In this document: piece after piece, positions 59,762 through 64,000 of the stretch
Layout: each line of letters starts with the position of its first letter
Position numbering within the stretch: the first letter of the stretch is position 1
Origin: a bacterium
Lineage (GTDB): Bacteria; Zhuqueibacterota; Zhuqueibacteria; Zhuqueibacterales; Zhuqueibacteraceae
NCBI GenBank assembly: GCA_044869275.1
Contig: JBIOXB010000137.1
Location: 1-64,000, forward strand
Length of the DNA stretch: 64,000 nt
Direction: 5' to 3'
Position numbers and translations under genes: made by a program
The notes under the pieces: model-generated
Databases searched by the model: none
What the model saw: the letters and a program-made list of their open reading frames with translations, nothing else
What the model was told of the DNA's origin: nothing

Positions 59762-61882
59762 TCAATGCAGAATCAATTCCAATCCGCCGTAAATCGCGAA
59801 CGGGTTCGCCGGGGTGACGGAGGTTGCAAAGGGTGTACTGAAGCCGCGCGTTTCGTATTCTTGATCGGTGAGATTTTTGAGATTGATGCTGGCGCGCCAT
59901 TGGCCGAGACGATAATACACGATCGCGTCGAAAACCAGCGCATCGTCGATCTGAAACGCGTTGTCTTCCGCGGCATATTGCTTGCCAATATAACGCGTTC
60001 CGCCGCCAATGCCAAGTCCATTCTTGAATTCCTTGTTGGTCCAGAAATTCAACATGTGCTTGGGGGCAAAGGCCGGGGCATTGCCGGAGCGATCGAAATA
60101 CAAACCGAAATTGTTGACGGGATCCACCAAAACATACTCGCTGAATTCCGTCAACTCGGCGTCGTTATAGGCGTAGTTGAAAAAGAGCTGCCAATTACGG
60201 CCCGGTTGCGCGGCCGCTTCCAACTCGGCGCCGCGGGAGCGCTGATCGCCATTTTGCTTGGTAACGCCGGTTTGATCCGGAATGGCGATGTTCTTTTTCT
60301 CCAAGTGATACACGGCGAAAGTCGTGCTCAAGCGCCCGTCGTAGTAACGCCGCTTGACACCCACTTCAAATTGCGTGCTCTCTTCGGGCTCGCGTTCTCC
60401 CACCGTGAGCGTCGAGGGCGGCGCAAACGCTTGACCCGCACTGGCGTAAACCGAGAAACTAGTCGTGGGCGAAAAGGTCACGCCGCCCATCGGGCTGAAT
60501 TTGTTGTAATCGCGAGTGCTCGCGGTCGCATTGTCCTCGAAATTAATATTATCGTAGCGGCCGCCGAGCAGTACGTGCACCTTTTCGGAGAAGCTGATTT
60601 GATCGACGGCATACGGCGCAATCACGTTGCTGCGCGCCTCGCCGGCTTGAGATTGTCCCGGGATAAGAAAGAAAGGTTCGCTTGCTGTTTCGACGGGATC
60701 AAAAATGCTGATCAACGGCAGCAAGGCCACGTCCAGGGTGAAATCATCTTGCAAACGGCTGATCTCAAAACCCGTGAGCAGCTTGTGCCCGATCGCGCCG
60801 GTGCGCAGATCGAATACCGCTTCGAGCTGGTTGCCGAAAAGCTCTTGGCGGTCATCCAACAAGGTGAGCGAGCGCGCCAGAAACTCAGGCTGGCCCGCGC
60901 CATTTGGCACGACGGCGTTGAACAAGGTGCCGTTGCTGACCCAATCCAGATCCGTGTAATAGAACTTGTTGCGTAATGTGATGTTGTCGCTGAGTTGCGC
61001 GTTCAAATCTACACGGCCGCGCGCGATCTTTTGATCGGAAATGTCGAACGGCGATTGATAAGAGCGCGTGCGCGGCACCGCAACGAGGTCACCGTTATAG
61101 ATCGGCAGGCCGACGTCCGAACGAAATTCATTGTCAACATACTCAAAATTCACGGCCAGCGAGACACGCGTGCTCGGCTGCCACAAAAAAGCCGGATTGA
61201 CGCTGAGATTCTTGTTGTTTTTGTCGTCGCGATAATTCTCCGCGTCCTGCCACAGCCCATTCAAGCGAAAAGCGAGATTGGACTCGCGTTTGTTCAAGCC
61301 CAAATCCAGCGTGCCCCGATACGCTTGAAACTGGCCTGCCGAGCCGCTGGCATGCAAAAAATTGTCGAACAGCGGCTGCTTGCGCACGAGATTAACCGTC
61401 CCCGCGAGCGGATTGCCGCCGTACAAAAAGGCGCCTGGACCTTTTAAAACCTCCACGCGCTCGAGGTTGTACAGATTATAAAACGTCACTTCCGGCTCGG
61501 CCGCGCCGTCGGTGAGCACCAGGCCATTGGCAAGCGATTCGAAGCCGCGAATGATGAGATAATCAAACACGCCAAAACCAGTCTGTGAATTCACGCCACT
61601 GACGTTGCGCAGGGCCTCGCCCAACACCACCGCGTCCTGGCTTTCGAACAGCGCGCTGGTCACCACGCTCACGCTCGCCGGCGTCAAGCGCAACGGCGTC
61701 GCGATTTTGGTTGCCGTTGTGCTCGTCGTGGGAATGCGTGTATAACGCTCAGCCACGACTTGCACGGTGTCTGAGGAAACATAACCCTTTTCCGGCTCTT
61801 GTTCTTGCGCCGAGGCGGTGAGACAAAAGGCAAAAAGCAAAAAGAAAAAAGCAATCGCGTCGAAGGATTTTTTGAGTGACAT
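59762..61882 (-). CDS. TonB-dependent (siderophore-type) receptor
   Basis: Signal peptide, plug motifs TP.SVSVV, IRGF, LERVEVLKGPGAFLYG; C-terminal NLKNLTD. Confidence 0.92.
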   Translation of the reverse strand: MSLKKSFDAIAFFFLLFAFCLTASAQEQEPEKGYVSSDTVQVVAERYTRIPTTSTTATKIATPLRLTPASVSVVTSALFESQDAVVLGEALRNVSGVNSQTGFGVFDYLIIRGFESLANGLVLTDGAAEPEVTFYNLYNLERVEVLKGPGAFLYGGNPLAGTVNLVRKQPLFDNFLHASGSAGQFQAYRGTLDLGLNKRESNLAFRLNGLWQDAENYRDDKNNKNLSVNPAFLWQPSTRVSLAVNFEYVDNEFRSDVGLPIYNGDLVAVPRTRSYQSPFDISDQKIARGRVDLNAQLSDNITLRNKFYYTDLDWVSNGTLFNAVVPNGAGQPEFLARSLTLLDDRQELFGNQLEAVFDLRTGAIGHKLLTGFEISRLQDDFTLDVALLPLISIFDPVETASEPFFLIPGQSQAGEARSNVIAPYAVDQISFSEKVHVLLGGRYDNINFEDNATASTRDYNKFSPMGGVTFSPTTSFSVYASAGQAFAPPSTLTVGEREPEESTQFEVGVKRRYYDGRLSTTFAVYHLEKKNIAIPDQTGVTKQNGDQRSRGAELEAAAQPGRNWQLFFNYAYNDAELTEFSEYVLVDPVNNFGLYFDRSGNAPAFAPKHMLNFWTNKEFKNGLGIGGGTRYIGKQYAAEDNAFQIDDALVFDAIVYYRLGQWRASINLKNLTDQEYETRGFSTPFATSVTPANPFAIYGGLELILH

Positions 61883-61913
61883 AAATGACTTTGCTCCCGA
61901 AAAGTTCTTGCGG

Positions 61914-61978
61914 ATCCTGGATGCTGGATGCTTGATACTGGATGATTAGTATCCAGCATCCAGGATCGAGCATCCAGC
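61914..61978. repeat. Heptamer-based palindrome
   Basis: (GATGCTG)n then (CCAGCAT)n between co-oriented genes. Confidence 0.65.
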
Positions 61979-61980
61979 TG

Positions 61981-63240
61981 TTAATTCTTTCCCGTTACCT
62001 CCACACACAGCATTTCCTTTTGATTGCGCAGATACAACTTGCCGTTTGCCAGCGTCGGCATGGTCCAGCATCTTCCTTGTAAAATTTGAAAGCCGGCCTT
62101 CTCTTTGTAGCCCGCGGGCGTGGCTTCGACCAATGCGAGCTTACCCTGCTCGCCCAGCACGAGGAGGTGGCCGTCGGCGAACAACAGCGAGCCTTTTTGA
62201 AAGCCGCGCTGCTGCCACTTCGGCTCACCCGTGGCCACGTCGAGGCAGGTCAAAAAGGCGTCATCAAATCCATAAAGATGGTTTTGATACAAGAGGGAAG
62301 AAGAAAAATGGTTCTTCATGTCACGGCTTTTCCACACCTCCCGCACGCTGACTTTATCGCCGTTGGTTTGCATTTGCAGCAGCGCGCCGCCCTTGCCATA
62401 GCCCGAAGCAATAAAGACTTCGTCGCCGGGAATAAAAACCGGTGTGGCCGCATTCACGTCGTACGAAGTCTCCCAAGGATAGCGCCAAAACCGCTTGCCG
62501 TCCGCGGGCGAATGCGAGACCAATGCGCTGCCGGTGAAGACGAGAATTTGCCGCACGCCGTTGACCGTCACCGCAATCGGAGCGGAGTAGCCGGGAATAT
62601 CGGTTTCCGATTTCCAGATCACCGTGCCCGTGGTCTTGTTGAATGCCATCACCGAATGCCCGCTTTTGCCGCCGACATCGACCAACAGCATATTGCCTTC
62701 CACCAACGGCGAAACAGAAATGCCCCAGGTCGGCACGCGGCCACCGTATTCAGAAACGAGATGATGTTCCCATACTTTGCGGCCGTCTTTGGTATGCAAG
62801 GCCTGCAACTTGCCGCCGGCGCTCAATACGTAAACCAGATCACCCTCGACCGTGGGCGTGGAACGCGGGCCGCTGCCTTGGTCATTGTCGAACATCCTGT
62901 CAACGATCATGCGCCAGATTTCTTTGCCGGTGGCGGCGTCGAAGCAGAAGGCGATCTCATTGCCGCCTTGCCCAAGGACCGTGTAGAGCCGTCCTTGCGC
63001 CACGGAAATTCCGGAATAACCTTCGCCAGAACCCGTGCGCCACAGAACCCTTGGACCGGTGGCGGGCCAGGTTTTCAACAAGCCGGTTTCATTGGAAATG
63101 CCGTCGCGATTGGGCCCGCGCCATTGCGGCCAATCGGAGGGCACAGCCGCTGCAAGGTCGAAATGTTTTTTTGAAAAGAACCCGCCGGCAAGTAAGAGGG
63201 AAAACAACAAGACCAGGCAAAGTAAGATTCGATTCCGCAT
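61981..63240 (-). CDS. PQQ-like beta-propeller repeat protein
   Basis: DWPQWRGPNRDG, GPRSTP, repeated TG..W, LANGKLYLRN. Confidence 0.9.
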   Translation of the reverse strand: MRNRILLCLVLLFSLLLAGGFFSKKHFDLAAAVPSDWPQWRGPNRDGISNETGLLKTWPATGPRVLWRTGSGEGYSGISVAQGRLYTVLGQGGNEIAFCFDAATGKEIWRMIVDRMFDNDQGSGPRSTPTVEGDLVYVLSAGGKLQALHTKDGRKVWEHHLVSEYGGRVPTWGISVSPLVEGNMLLVDVGGKSGHSVMAFNKTTGTVIWKSETDIPGYSAPIAVTVNGVRQILVFTGSALVSHSPADGKRFWRYPWETSYDVNAATPVFIPGDEVFIASGYGKGGALLQMQTNGDKVSVREVWKSRDMKNHFSSSLLYQNHLYGFDDAFLTCLDVATGEPKWQQRGFQKGSLLFADGHLLVLGEQGKLALVEATPAGYKEKAGFQILQGRCWTMPTLANGKLYLRNQKEMLCVEVTGKN

Positions 63241-63522
63241 ACCGTTCTCCTTCAGTATGAAATGATAAGGATTGAAACGAATAAATCCCTTTGAAGTTGC
63301 AAAGCAGTTCGTGGCTGGACTTCCTTCTTTCACTTTACTGCTCTTGCTGGAATCTTGCTTTTCCGTGGTCAAGAATCAAGCTGAAAATTGGACAACGCAG
63401 AGAGATACAAAGCAGAGACGGTGGGGCTGCGCGAATGTTCAACTCATTCTGACCACCGGGCGTCCGCAGCCACATGACCACGAAACGGCTTTTTCCAGAA
63501 TTATTTTTTGTTATTTTGCTGC

Positions 63523-64000
63523 ATGATGACAAATTGGAGAGGACTGAAAATTGCCGCCGAAGGCACCGGCATTAGCGCGCCGCTCAGCCGCCAAGTCAAC
63601 CTGCTGGGCGAACTGTTAGGCCATGCTGTGCGTGAAGTGCTCGGCGAGCCCGGCTTCGAACAGGTGGAGCGCCTGCGCACACTTTGCAAAGGTGTCTATC
63701 AACACAGCGATGCCGGCTTGTGGGAACAGGCTCGCGCTTTCATCAGCACACTCACTCTGGAGGAAATGTTGTGGCTGGTGCGGACCTACACCACGTTTTT
63801 CCACTTGATCAACAAAGCGGAACAGCGCGAAATCATTCGCATCAATCGCGACCGCGAACGCCACAGCACCGCAGAACGGCCGCGGGCCGAGTCCATTGCG
63901 GACGCGATCCGCACGCTCCAACAAAACGGCCGCTCCCGGGAGGAGGTCTTGGCGCTGCTCGCGCGCTTGGACATTCAACCGACGCTCACGGCACATCCCA
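63523..64000 (+). CDS. ppc: Phosphoenolpyruvate carboxylase, 5' part (runs off the window edge)
   Basis: Open frame from ATG 63523: LSRQVNLLGELLG...FFHLINKAEQ...ESIADAI...IQPTLTAHP. Confidence 0.92.
   Translation, partial: MMTNWRGLKIAAEGTGISAPLSRQVNLLGELLGHAVREVLGEPGFEQVERLRTLCKGVYQHSDAGLWEQARAFISTLTLEEMLWLVRTYTTFFHLINKAEQREIIRINRDRERHSTAERPRAESIADAIRTLQQNGRSREEVLALLARLDIQPTLTAHP

Overview
Bacterial genomic window. The FlgD/T9SS-like C-terminal sorting tails and the gene set suggest an FCB-superphylum lineage such as KSB1/Calditrichota (inference). The first ~8 kb is an AT-richer accessory/defence-like island. It holds a phage ABA-sandwich gene, an apparently intact retron locus and a cluster of mostly broken toxin-antitoxin modules. 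The retron locus reads: sigma70-like promoter, ~290-nt structured leader with an 11-bp a1/a2-like inverted repeat, 87-aa helical ORF, XRE HTH, and an RT with NAxxH/VTG signatures and an atypical FYDD catalytic loop. Inside the leader is a 12-nt element complementary to the small ORF's Shine-Dalgarno, suggesting a reverse-transcription-controlled translational switch (type VI-like retron). The 8-19 kb stretch carries sugar catabolism genes and a secreted GH3. The 19-27 kb stretch is a same-strand array of small accessory genes and gene fragments with degenerate attC-like sites. The 27-64 kb stretch is mostly housekeeping/transport (hflKC, clpB, mlaEFD, gpmA, gltS, TonB receptor, ppc) with many short palindromic or MITE-like repeats. 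No rRNA, tRNA or CRISPR array was recognised. All family calls are by eye, without database searches.
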